The notes beneath the pieces are model-generated. The model had not been told where the DNA came from. It did not search any database and was given only the letters and a program-made list of their open reading frames with translations. A stretch of DNA of 64,000 nucleotides from contig KZ538038.1 of the NCBI GenBank assembly GCA_000934665.2, positions 1 through 64,000 on the forward strand, written 5' to 3'. A program made the translations under genes and the position numbers. Shown here piece after piece: positions 21,301-33,800 of this stretch (position 1 is its first letter; each line of letters starts with the position of its first letter). The DNA is from Catajapyx aquilonaris. Lineage: Eukaryota.

Positions 21301-23271
21301 CAAGGAAACAATATTACGGCTGATAAAACGGCACGTAAATCTTTGAATATGTCCCTTTTGTTCAAATTTATAATGGCTGTCAAAATTTTAATACCCATAC
21401 AAATACGCTACCTCAACTCAACTCGCAGCCAATAAGAAAAACATTGAAACAATGGGTGACAATTACCATGTTATCATGCCTTATCAGCACTACTTGTACC
21501 TGGCAAGTTCCCAGAAAACTCTTAAAGAGATCTGCGAATACCAGAAGAGATACGCAGAATAGCGTTCAGAACGAAACTGGAGTAAAAACAAAAGATATTG
21601 CATCCCCGACTCATGGTGAGGGCTCCATAAGCACATGCTGCATGATGCCTTACTCTTTTTCCGATGTCCTGATACACAATTTTTGGATTCTTCTGCAAAG
21701 CGTAGGCCACATAGCAAAACTTCTGCGTCAGCCAGCCATTTTTGGGACCTTGCGTGTCAACCAGGAGCATGTTACGAAGACCCATGGCCTCGGACACCTT
21801 GTCGCACAAAGTTTTCTGAAAGAAAACGAGGAAACATAACTACTCAACATTCTACGCAACCAATAAACACACAACGCTGGAAGAAGTGTATAATTCTTGA
21901 TTTTAATATGGATTATACGAGAAATACAGTACAATGTTCTAAATGTGGAGAGTATGACTGGTCTCAAAGCATGCCCATTTAGATATACAATAAAAATTTC
22001 CCAGAAAATCTGTCTCGTATTTCCTGAAGCTAACAACTCTCACTCAAACGGACTGGTGTAAATATTCTACACTATACGCAGCAGCCTTTTTCTTTGCAAT
22101 CTCACAACAGTTTCATGCCCTGAATATGACCTATTCTTCATACTCATCTCCTGCGGCCTAATTCTCACTATTCATTCAAATCTTTCCTGAAAATGTGACA
22201 TTGTTTCCCCGCATTTTCTTCTGCTTGGAAGTTTCCGGAAAGCAACTGTGCTTCTGATGATTAGCGTGGAAAGAAACCATCCGCAGTTACGATGCATTAA
22301 AAAAAACTGGTTTTCCATGCCTAGAAGCACAAACGCTGCAGGGTCCTTCGTATTCATGAGAATGTATCTTAATTCCTGTGCACATGTTCAAGGTTTAATT
22401 TTTTTCAATGTCTGTACAACCTGCAGTTAATTGACCTTAGTGCAACTGGGCCTGTAACCGAACCCTGCTTTTTTTGTCGGCAAGATCAACTACAAATGCA
22501 CGTTTAGTCACACAACAGGTTACCTCACCTCATACAGAACCCTGTGTGGTATCACATGTGAGAACATGAGCTAACTAGGCCAGCAGATCCATGCACATGC
22601 ATCACCCACACACTGCCCATGCCATCTTATTCCATCCCCTTACCAAGGCCCTTTTGACACAAATAGCATCCACTACTTGGCATCCTTCCTGCTTCCCACT
22701 ACAATCTTTTTATTTCCAACCTCTGCCCTGAAGGGAGGGAGATTTCTAATTCATTCTTCTGAGAGAGAGAAGCAAAGTGCGTGTGTTGCATACACACTAC
22801 CGCATAACAAAATTCAATGGCGTGCCTTCCACCAGAGGCCCTTGACCTTGGCAATGGAAAACTGGTTTCTTCTCTACCGGTATGTAAGTGTACAACGTTG
22901 CCACTTTACCTGGCTGTGTGGTAAGCAGGTGCAGCAGAGTCCCACCATGGGCCGCGGCATTGCCATCGGGACGACTGCAGTTGGCACAAATTTGTAGCGA
23001 GCCTTCATAAGATCTGTCGGCTTAAAATAAATAAAAACGAGAGCCACAGTTAAAACACTGGGACGTCTTTAACCGTAAAAGATGAGTTTACCGGCATCTC
23101 CTCCTGCTTTTTAGGCCTGTTGTGAAATCTGCGGTTGTTTCTGTCGTAACGTGGGTCCCTGACACCAGCAATGATACGGGGCTTGTATCCGGAAGACCCC
23201 GGTGCCTTGTTCTTTGATCGGTTCTCCCACTTGGAGTACACCGTATGCAAGTTCTGCATTACGTCCACCAT
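18323..23271 (-). CDS. GPAM: Glycerol-3-phosphate acyltransferase 1, mitochondrial type (GPAT1/GPAM; Drosophila minotaur-like)
   Basis: Multi-exon, starting MVDVMQNLHTVYSKWE at 23271, with exons 23271-23092, 23020-22910, 21815-21654, 21123-20555 and more. Acyltransferase motifs HRSHLDY, GAFYIKR, FIEGSRTRSGK and VVPVAITYD; RPMVGLCCTC and MGLRNML are GPAT1-specific N-terminal blocks. The stop is at 18323-18325. Confidence 0.93.
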
Positions 23272-24016
23272 GGTTCACACTCTAATCTGAAATAAATCAA
23301 GCCGCACAACTGCATTACAACATACCAAAAGTACACACCAAGCCCATTGTTCCAACTGTAAACAATTTACAAAAAATTAACCTGAAACTCACAGTGTGCA
23401 ACATACGAGCACATAAAAGAGGAACTTTATGGCCGAATTCTTTCAGGTGTCCACCCCCTAAAAGTCGTTTGCCTCTCTTGAACCAAGCGGCTTTAATAAC
23501 AGGTTTTGGAAAAATGCTAATGCGGAAAATTTTTTTCCTTTGTGTCAGCTTCACAGAATAAGACAACTGAACTTTGAACTCCGGTTGACCTTTAAGACCG
23601 CTGCAGTTTTGCCCCCACCGCAATAAGTTCAACGTGGAAAACACTTATTAAAGCAATGTGCAGCGTGAAATGTCACGTTTCCGTGGAAATTACCAACGGT
23701 CGGTAGTGCACCAACAAATGAGTGCGCTTGATAACTTACCGCTCTCCAACGGTTGTGATGTGAAAGGAATGCATTTTCTTTAAGAAAATGTAAAATTTAA
23801 GAACACCATTTTCCACCACCCGTTCCAATGTATTGTTACCTGTGATCTGCTTTTATCTGATGATGTTCCTTTTTTATTCTTTCCAACCAAGCAGTGTGTG
23901 TGTCCCACTGTGGAGAGTCAGCGTCCGGCTGGTGGATAGGAACATGACACTTCCAATCCCTCGGCCATGCCACCAACTAACTGACGAAACACGAAATGAA
24001 GAAGAGGAGGATCTGG

Positions 24017-24140
24017 CGCCATGTTGAAGCCAGTTGCGTCAGTCGATGGGGGACGCCATGTTGGAGGTCTGAACCAATTGGAAGGGAGAAATGTGTCACA
24101 TGACCGGACCGAGCGGACGAAGGAGCAGCAAGATGGCGGC
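24017..24140 (-). promoter_or_regulatory. Probable GPAT1 promoter/5' region with three YY1/Pho-type motifs
   Basis: CGCCATGTT at 24017 and 24054 and AAGATGGCGGC at 24130. Minus-strand donor sites at 23839 and 23739 and an acceptor at 23287 lie just upstream of the ATG. Confidence 0.45.
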
Positions 24141-24644
24141 CGTGGCACGTCAATGCGCAATAGAACATGCGCGTGGAATTAACTTTAACGTGGATTAACA
24201 ATACTAGTTACATACGGGTTTATTTAAATAATAATAATGTGGGTTAAATGCCTTTTCACAAATTGGAACCGTTTTAATTCCGCAATGTCATGCTTGAGAG
24301 CTCCTGACATCTGGCGGGATGGACTGTTAGCGCGGGAGGTTTGATTATAGTCAAAACCATGGTCAAAACAGGACAAAAAAAAACGATATTAAATTTTTTT
24401 CCCACAATTGAAAATCTGTGACAGAAAATGTAGCATGGTGCATGTCACAATTGGATGTAAATTATTCAATGTCACGTACAGATGAGGAAATACACGTGCA
24501 AAATGTTTTTTTATGAGCAGTAATTCAAGTGAGTGACGCATTTTGTGATGTGGCAGAGCACTTTCGGTTACACAATTGCACCTCCTGGCATTTGGATGCA
24601 ATTGCAGTTTACAGCACAAAAATATTTGCACCGCTGGGATATTA

Positions 24645-24782
24645 GTGTGAGCGATTTCACAAGCAAAATCTTTGGCCATGCTGAAATTAACAATGGATTT
24701 TTGACTCAAACAGTGGTAACTTGGGTTACTCAGCCTCGGCGAAGATTTCGCTTGTCAAATCACTCACATGTAAACACACCTT
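24645..24782 (-). mobile_element. MITE-like element, second diverged copy of the 3493-3630 family, in inverted orientation
   Basis: Its reverse complement (aaggtgtgtttacatgtgagtgatttgacaagcgaaatcttcgcc...cccaagttacca...gattttgct) aligns with copy 1. Confidence 0.75.
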
Positions 24783-25127
24783 CATAATGTTTTGAAATTC
24801 TTACCAAATCGCCAGAAATAATTACAAATAGACTCTCTCTGAATGAAAAATTCTCCACATACATTCCAGCTTTTTAATATTTTAAATTCAATATAACATT
24901 TATTCGTTGTACACTATTATAACAACAGGGTAAAAATATCAGTGTAACAAACATTTGATTCCGACAGCACGACAAATAACACAATTTGGTGCATTACATG
25001 CATCACCACTAGTGAATGGAATATTTTCGCTAATAACAGTGATTACCTTCATCCAGGTCAACTCGTTGATATGATACATCACCGGATAAATTAAACCTTC
25101 ACGTTACATAATCACATCCATATGATA

Positions 25128-26184
25128 TTACGGTGGTAGAAGCATGTTTACGGCGGCAGCCAGATCGTCAACAATGGCGTCTGGTTTTACATCAGTGCGA
25201 GACTCGTCTGTTGGCCGGAATTTCCCAGTCCGCACTAAAATCCCTCGAATTCCGCACGACTGAGCTCCACCCACGTCAGACACAATGTCGTCGCCAACCA
25301 TAATAGCCTGCGCATTGTTGGAAGGTGTTAATTCATACTGCTTGCAACAATAACAGTGGGAAAATGATACCTCATCGGCCGATAATCCCATGTCCTTCAG
25401 AGCAGCCTGAAAGAAGAGCGCGGAGGGCTTCCCAATAATGTCTGCTTTAATGCTGCAAGCGAATTCAAGGGCAGCTGCGTAAGATCCGACATCCAAATGA
25501 AGACTGCCACTCTCACGATAAAACCTCCTGAAACACACAACATTTTGGTATAACAACCCGTGTAACTCACATTGCAGCTAATTACCTCTACTTTGATGTG
25601 AAATTTTGTCATAAACGTGCAGTAGTTACCCTTTCCCTAGCGATATAAGTCGGGGCGGCTTCATTCCCATGAGGCGTCGGAAGCAATCGTTCAGGTTATC
25701 ATAGCTGAAATACTCCGCAGCATCGCCAAGCAGCACGCAATTAGGATTACTGGTGTCCACGTCCACAAATTCACTCTTCAGCTGAAAATCATTTGCGTTA
25801 ACTATTTATTAATTAAAATAAGCAGACTTACTTTAGGGTGAATGAGCAAGTACGGCCTGAGTCCTTCCTCCTTCATGATCCTGACTGCTGCGGGTGCTGG
25901 CGGGAACACCTCCGCCTCCGGTATGTCGTACCCCATGGACCTAAGCTGCGTCCACAGCGCATTACGGCACACCTGGGACTCATTGGTCACGAAACGAAGC
26001 TTGATCCCATGAGACTGCAGCCTATATATGGATAGGGGGGAAAATCATTGATGGTCTATCAGCCCTACTCTTTTTTTCACCTCTTGATGGCGTCGACAGA
26101 TCCGCTGATGACTGCGTCTCCGTCTTTGAGGACGCCCGTGATGTCCAGCAGGGCGCCTCTGACCGCCTTTCCAAGCCAGCTCAT
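25128..26184 (-). CDS. LHPP: Phospholysine phosphohistidine inorganic pyrophosphate phosphatase (HAD IIA), ~260 aa
   Basis: Exons 26184-26081, 26021-25832, 25781-25630, 25527-25371 and 25307-25128 (783 nt, in frame). Motifs VRGALLDITGVL, RFVTNESQ, PAPAA..GLRPYLLIH, LDVG, GKPS and MVGDDIVSDVGGAQ..VRTGKFRP fit LHPP rather than HDHD2. Confidence 0.92.
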
Positions 26185-28187
26185 ATCTTCCTTGCCAAAT
26201 TATGCAAGAAAAACAGCAAGTCTTACGAAGGAAGTGTCGCAATTCCCGCCGCCATTTGCAGGCGACAGGGTTGCCAGATCGAGAGGATCACAATGGAACA
26301 ATCTGGCAACTGTGTGGGAACGCGGCAAGTTCAAACCGAATGGAATCGCAAATCATGTACGTAATAATTAATCAGACACATTTTGTTAGTACAATTCTTG
26401 TAGTAACCATGAGGTTTAAGTGACACTGACTCGTATTAATTTCTGGTGCACTCTTTTTTTTGAGGGGGTTGGCAACGGGTGGTCCAGAGAGAGGACAGAG
26501 AGTAATGAGAGTAGAGACAGGTACACGTAAGTTGCATTTAGGAGCGTGAAGTATCCGGACAAAACTTTTCTGCTTTTCCTTCGATCAATCCTCTTGTGTA
26601 CGTACAAAGAGTTGAACTCAACTGGCGCTTGGATAAAAGTGTCTCGCGGCCAACTTTTACACCCGCGGACGCTTTTTGAAAAATAATGGCATATGTTCCG
26701 GATCTACTTTCCATACAGATTATGGACCCTGTATCTAAACCTACAGGCCTCGGGATGATAATGCGGCGAAAAAAAGTCATTCTCGCGAAACTTTATATCT
26801 TGCCTACATCTTTTATGACACACTCGTAAATTTTCAGCCGTCGCATCTCTTTGCTACGTCCTATATAGGTGAGCAACTAAATGGCCAAAATGTGCTGTAC
26901 AGTTTCGGCAATGATGTGTCTGAGAGTAATTGCCACAAGCTGACCGATGGCCTGCGACTTGCCATATGTCATGACCTCACAATGTACGTAGGTCCTACAA
27001 CCCCTCTTTTTAAACTTGGAGAGAGATCTATTACGTTTTTGGAACATTCCTCCGTTGTATATATACCTTTGCCACGTATAAAGTGACGAGCAATACATAG
27101 AAAGGCACTCAAGTATGTCATGAAACTTCTTTTCCTTCCAACCAAGAGTCTTGAGAGCTCTGCGAACTACATCTCTATTTCACGACATGCCACATGGGGG
27201 GGAAATGGTTGTGCTTTTTCCTAATGTTTGTCCCGGAAATGTACGGACAATATAATACACACAAAAAAAGGCTGCTTTTCACATTTGGCAAAAATTGGTC
27301 CACTCAGATCGGCGAACAAGCCCTTTTATATATCCGCAGAAGAATAATACAGGGTGCTGCATTGCGGTTCAAGTTGTTGCTGGGGTTAACAATCATCCTC
27401 TTGAACTGAGCGTATAATATTTGCACTAGCCAAACTTTTAAGTGACATTAATTACTTTACTGTACAGTTCCAGCTGGAGTTGCATCCGCCAAAAATTGCA
27501 TAATTACATGGTAATATTACCAGAATCGAGTCGAATTTTTTGCGACAGCAAATTTAATTTAAACGTGCTCTTTAATGCAGTGGCAACTGCGACTCCGAAG
27601 CGTGAAAGCTTCAATATGAACCGCAGCGCTTTGTTAATCAGGATGGCAAAAGTAAATAATTATGTAACAGCGATGTGCACCAAATCTGCAGGGAAATACT
27701 TGCTGCGCAATACCAAGCTCGCATTTCTCAGGTCGTGAGCCTCTATTTTTTTGCCAGAGGAATGTTTGCTCTGATAACGAAATCAAATGTTTTTTTAATC
27801 ACTTTGCGGAGGGAAAAGTTGGAGGAAACACAGGGAAGCTCGAATAAATCCCCCCTGCAGTCACTTATAATTTATGAATGCATCGCAAACAACAACATAG
27901 CAACTCTAAAAAAAAAAAGATTGAAAAAATTAGCATCAACCAACTGCTGTACCGCGATATTTTCCCGGACTAACTTCTGACAACGAAATATGTTACAGAT
28001 AATATGAACCTGCGTCATGGAGACCAGATGTTTGCCCTTCTTTTTTCCGGGAACGATATTTGTATTGCTTATTGTTTGCTTGCACTTGTGTCCTTTAAAA
28101 TGGGTATGACTTCCCAGTACGTCGCATAATGAGACTCACGTGTCCCTAGAAGCAACACACATTCTGCTGAGCACCACAGTTGGAAGC

Positions 28188-29733
28188 ATGCGTATGCTTA
28201 TAGTGCTTCTGATCTTCACGACTGCATGGTGTCAGCCAAGTAAGATTCGATATAATATTCGACATGCTGATTGTACATTTTTTTTAAATAATTATTCCAG
28301 GGGTAGCAGACACGTCAATTTTTCATGCTGCGAAATGGTTGATGTCAACTTTCGAACAGAAGGAAGGTTGGGAAGACAATGCGAGGGCCATCCTGGCCTT
28401 GGGTGTGGGAGAGCATTCCTGGATGGACCCACCTTCTGACCGGATGCTGGCTGGAATCAAAGGGTACGAGATGGAACTTGCCTTGACCCTATGTAACGAG
28501 TCGACCAGAGACGCCATGACCCCAGGTCGGGTCGCACTCAATTCACTGGCCCTCCAGTCAGCATGCTTCGATCCAACCAACTTCCACGGAACGGACCTAA
28601 TTCGTACGTGTACACGCTTTAAAATAATGGTCTAGTGATGTCCAGCATTTGTCTCCAGAGCTTCTCCTGACGGACAAGAACCCTCGGTATGTCTTCGAGT
28701 TTGGACTGGTCACCTTAGCCATCTGCGCTGCTGGACACACTCCGCCGGAGTTGTATGTCGACCGGTTGGTCCAAGACGCCCAGGAGGAACAGTACGGACC
28801 ATCATTCATGGGAGGTAGGAATTTTAAAAAACTTTTCCGCTTTCTTCTGGAACTGACCGGACTATTCGACAGACACATTGTCCGTCGTAATCGTGGCTCT
28901 GCGATGTGTTCAGGACCAGAGTCCGACTCAGGAAGTAGCAGATGCAATCACCAACGGATCATCGACGCTGTTGAAAAGCAGCAAGAGTGACGGCTCTTTC
29001 GGCAACATCTGGACCACGGATTGGGTGGTCCAGGCTCTGATGCTGTCGGGTCACGAGGTCGAGGCCAAGAGGTCACTTCCATTCCTTCTGTCCCATCAGA
29101 ACCAGGACGGTTCCTTCAGCGATGTTCAGGGACAGGAAGGAGACTTGTTCACAACCACTGAGACCATCATGGGATTGGACGCCATCAGGGGCGGACTGGG
29201 GTATCTGAGTCCACGCGACATTCATTGCAACCAGAGGGACAGGAGGTCATCTGCTAACCAGGGTCAACCTCGGGTCAAATTATTCTACGAGACTAGAGTC
29301 GGAACAGTCAACTACGAGTCGAAGGACACGATGTTGCGATTGCCAAACGGAACAACAGCTTTTGATGTCATGCTGGCTGCCTCGAAACAAAACTGTCCAG
29401 ATTTTTGGTAGGTCAATGAGGCCCATTAACACAACCCTGTATAAACATCCCATGTCATTTCAGTTTTGAGTACAAGACCTATCCGGGTATGGGTCACTAC
29501 ATTACTTCGATCGGAGGAGTGGCTGAGAACCAGACTGCCAACACATACTGGTTCGTGTATTACACATTGCCTGGGCAAACAGAACCAATCATTTCACCAG
29601 TCGGTAAGTTCAATTGTGTCACTTGTTAGTGGTGTACATTACGCAATATGTAATTTCTACAGGTGTGGATTTGCTGCAGCTGTATAAACGGTACACTTTG
29701 GTAATGTGGTATCGCACCTGGGATGGCCAGTAG
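28188..29733 (+). CDS. Secreted cobalamin-binding protein family member (transcobalamin/intrinsic factor-like, alpha-barrel plus C-terminal beta domain), ~418 aa
   Basis: Exons 28188-28239, 28301-28603, 28659-28814, 28873-29407, 29464-29603 and 29663-29733 (1257 nt, in frame). Signal peptide; GRVALNSLALQSAC, GLVTLAIC, DTLSVVIVALRC, DGSFGNIWTT..VQAL; C-terminal GTTAFDVM..MGHYITSIGGV....YW..PVGVD. Confidence 0.8.
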
Positions 29734-30193
29734 GCACTTCAAGAAGACCTGAAAGAGGAAGCGGACGACCTTCCTAGAAATAAATAACTTATGTTAAAAT
29801 CGTGGAAACAGTCGTTTCACTTACAGTTAAATTGCGTTTCGTCACTTACTGCAAGATCTGAGTCGACACCCACAAGATGCGGATTTGCGTCTAATTTGCA
29901 TAACGCGGTTTAACTGACTGTTAACGTTGGTTTACAGTCGATCAGCTCCAGCTGACCTCACCACTCAGCAGGTTTATAACTTATTGGGCCATGCAATAAT
30001 TTTTGGTCCGACTGGCAGCAAAGGGACAGTAATTGGCTCGGAAGACGCATTGTCATTCGAGGTGAACCGCGATGCTGTTACACTTTAGCTGTCCTGCCAG
30101 GGCGTCTCATTTATTTTAATTAATCCTTGCTGCGACGCCTGACTTTTGTTGTGGTTAAACAACAGTCTCCCAGACTTGATGTCACGTCTTCTA

Positions 30194-30379
30194 CAGGGTG
30201 GACTGGTCAAGTCCACACTTCTTCTATAATGGACAAAAGTAGGATGAGATGTTGAGGATTGTTTACCACTAGAAGCCAGTTTAAATCGAAGAAAATTAAT
30301 AATGGCGTCAATGTTTCTTCACTTTGGTTGCTGGGTAAACAATTCGTAACATATGGGACTTGGTCAGTGTGTCACCCTG
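30194..30379. mobile_element. Degenerate MITE with CAGGGTG termini (Tc1/mariner-type, TA-flanked on the left)
   Basis: ta-cagggtggactggtcaagtcc ... ggacttggtcagtgtgtcaccctg forms an imperfect TIR pair. Confidence 0.5.
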
Positions 30380-30559
30380 CAGCCGCATTAGCGACATGTC
30401 AAGAGGACCTTGCAGGTGACATTTAAGCGAGTAAGCAGCCTGAGGAGTACCTCAGAGTAATTTAATTATGACGCATTGCTGCTAACAGGCATACTGATGT
30501 CTGCTGTCTGGGTCTGGGATTCAGCTAAACTTTAATGAGGCGCTCCATTTATTAAACAA

Positions 30560-30853
30560 CTAGCTGCGATACCCGGCGTTGCTCGGGAAGAAATGAATGG
30601 AAAGCAAGCTGAAAAGGACATGCAAAAAAATACATGTAATTAAGAATCTTAATTAAAGGAAGGCCGGGTCGGAAGGATGGGAGAAGTTGGAGGTGTAGGA
30701 GGCGGACAACAGATGGCAGGCAAATGACGGGTGGCGGTCTAGGTAGAGTGGAGGTGTAGGAGGCGGACCACAGATGGCAGGCAACTGACGGTTGCCAATC
30801 CAGACGGACAGACGGACAGACAGACAGATCACAAACGACTTTATTTATATCGA
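30560..30853 (-). mobile_element. Non-autonomous Helitron (~294 bp)
   Basis: On the - strand it reads A|TC...CTAG|T. It has a subterminal hairpin CCCGAGCAACGCCGGG 8 nt before CTAG, a (CTGT/CCGT)n microsatellite near the 5' end and an internal 43-bp direct repeat (30688-30730, 30749-30791). Confidence 0.8.
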
Positions 30854-33800
30854 TAATTCAGTTCCTGCAGGCGCAGAAAACTCGTAAAGAGTGTCACCCA
30901 TCCAGTAACCATTGTTTTCATTCCATCAGAATACTATACGTCAAAATTGAGCGACCAATATTATTTCTCGACCTCTTTGCCCTCTTGTGAAACTGGCCGG
31001 AGATGGAGAGAAAAAAAAGTCTCTCGTCTCTCTCACACACACACTACATTTTGACGGACTCTCGAACTGGACAAAAGCACTTTCCACATGTAGTCAAGTC
31101 CCTGTCTCAAAAGGGTCCCTCATTTCCCCCCCGAGTATATGAGCCTTGTTCTACAACCACAGCCGAGTTTCAGCTTCCGGAAATATTTCCAGAGCAATCT
31201 GCGGGGTTTCCAAGTGCAATTCCGGCACATTTTCAGAAGAGGAAACAGTCATGCATTTGGCTATGATCCAACAGCATCCTTCTCACCTGCTCACACGCCT
31301 GGAAGCGGAATGGCCACAAACCGTATGCTGCTTGTCCGAATGTTTGACACTGGGTGGACACACACACAAAAGAAGTATCTCGGCTTCCTATCGGCCTTTT
31401 GTCGGTGCTGTGGCTTCTTCAATGCTCCATGTTCCAGCAGAGTGCGATACCAAAACTTGCGAGCTGTCAAGTCTCCGCTAGAAATGTTAAACTCTAACAA
31501 ACTGCCACTAACAGCACTGCATCCAGACAAAATCTATCCTGCGGCATAATAATAGGCTATACAACACTCTGGCATTGTTATCAACAGAACGTATTGTGCA
31601 AGTTAGCAAGTACCTAATAATGGGGTCCTAGCCTTGGTCAGGGATTTGGGTAATTTATACACTTTTCAGCACCAAAATGCCATTCCTCGTTAAATTATCG
31701 CTGGCTTAAAAGTCACTCTCAAATTGGAGGGAAAAAGAGGGCGTGGCCTAGGGCGCATTCCGACTCCTGCCTAACCACAGTGACGTCAGATGGCAATACG
31801 ATACCGTATACTTAATATGATTTTAGATCGATCATATCTCGGAAACTAATACGTATTTCTTGAAACAAAAAACACAAAAATTCTTTTAAAAACAATGACA
31901 TTTTTTGACATGGCTTGCAAAAATGTAGCTGATTTCAACCAAGAAGTGCAGCATACATTTACATATATGTTTTTATCAAAATAGTGCTGGCCCTGGAGCG
32001 TATTTTCTGCGTGTGGACCGCAGTGTTTCTCTTTGCGGATTAATCAGAAATTCCCAGCTACTCTCAGTGGTCACACATCCTGGTTATAATCAGCACTGAT
32101 GTAACCACCACGCAGGATAATTATCGTGGACCTCACCCGCACAAAAGCGTAACATAATGCATGGAAATGAGAATGTAGGAGCCCCTAGTACGTTTCCACT
32201 AATTAACATGGAGAAACGTGATAGACTGTTATGTGAGTAGCTTCCAACTTGAAAAAAACACTATAGTATATAACGCATAGCGTGGTTTCATTTGCGCCAT
32301 GGTCTGGCTGAGTTACAGCGACATGTTTTGAATTCTTGGTCCAAAAAGCTATATGAGGACGAAGTACTTGCCAAAAATAATTGAATCTGCTGATTCATGA
32401 GTTTAACAAAATAAAATGACACATATCTTGAATGTTGTTATCCAACACCTTTCTGCTAAAAGAAGCTATAACTCCATATTTTATGAACTTCAGACTGGGG
32501 CAGTGCACCACCCTGTATAGTTCATAACAGTGCGGAATATTATGAAAATATTTACATCGCACATCCTATGAGTATGCACAATTAATTTTGCTAACTTTAT
32601 GAGTTATTCAGAAGAACAGGGATGTAATAATTAATAATGTGTATCAGCACCGTGGGCTGAATTTTGCAAAAAAAAATTAAAATCTACCGCTTCGCAGATT
32701 TTTGTCTTTCTCCAACTTTTGAGAATACTCCAGAAGAGTTCATTACGGGAGCTGAAGTAAAGATGTCTCTTTGTTTCAGTCTCGAGTTCCATTATCCTGA
32801 GCAAATATGTACGATTTTTCTTCCTTTTGGATTCAATTCGCAAGTTTGAAAAGCCTTTTTTTTTCTCCGGTTCCGCTTCCGCTAATCACGCGAGTCTTTT
32901 CAGCATCGGTCCATTGACGACTGCAAAACTAATAAGCGGATTTTTTTAGCGAGAAAAAAATTTCAATAATGCCTCTGGCTCTTTTCCAAGGGGAAAAAAA
33001 TAGATCCGAGGATAATATTATGCCCCACCAACAAATATCGCCATATGCTTAGGCGTTCACTTTGGATACATCATCAGTCATTTCCAAATTGCAAATGTGA
33101 CATGTTGGTACATGAAATCACATAATTATGCAATGTAGGTACTGTACATGAACGTGCAGTTTTAGCACGATCGGTGTTGAAACTCTGCATGAACGTTAGC
33201 GAAAAATCAACAAGGCGGAGGTGCACTTACTGTACAAAAATTAACCTGCATTAATTCTGAAAATCAACTTCCGGCCCCAAATATTGGGAAACAAGGAGCA
33301 AGCAGAATTATTAATATGTAGGTTATACGGTGCAAAATTCAAATCCTGAGGTTTGCAAACACCTGAGGAAATATATTGCAAAGGAATCCCACGCAGGGAG
33401 AAACAAAGTTAATAAGGAAGTGAGCTTAAAGATAAGTCGCACCTAATTGTACAATGTACATCATACTATTGAGCAGCCCAAGAGTAATAATCGCCAGCAT
33501 GATTAACAAAAACTTGATGGTGCAGAGCTTACTTCCGCACATAAAAATGGACTTTCCAGTACCTTCTGCACACACACACAAAAAATCCAATTAAAAGTTT
33601 TGTAATGAAAAGAGAAGCGGAGGCGCTGCTCTAAAATTGTTCCAGGAATGAAGTACACATGGGTTTTGAGAGCAGGAATGTGCTTGCAAAATTGTGGCAA
33701 AAGAGTTGCCCGCTCTTTGCTCAAAAGGTCATTAAAACCAAGCAATACACTACGAAAATATCTGCAGGTCATCAGCAATATACTTTGTAATCATCAAGTT

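Noticed and set aside
31003..31549. Overlapping 87-136 aa ORFs
   Set aside because: No recognisable domain, codon bias or convincing splice structure.
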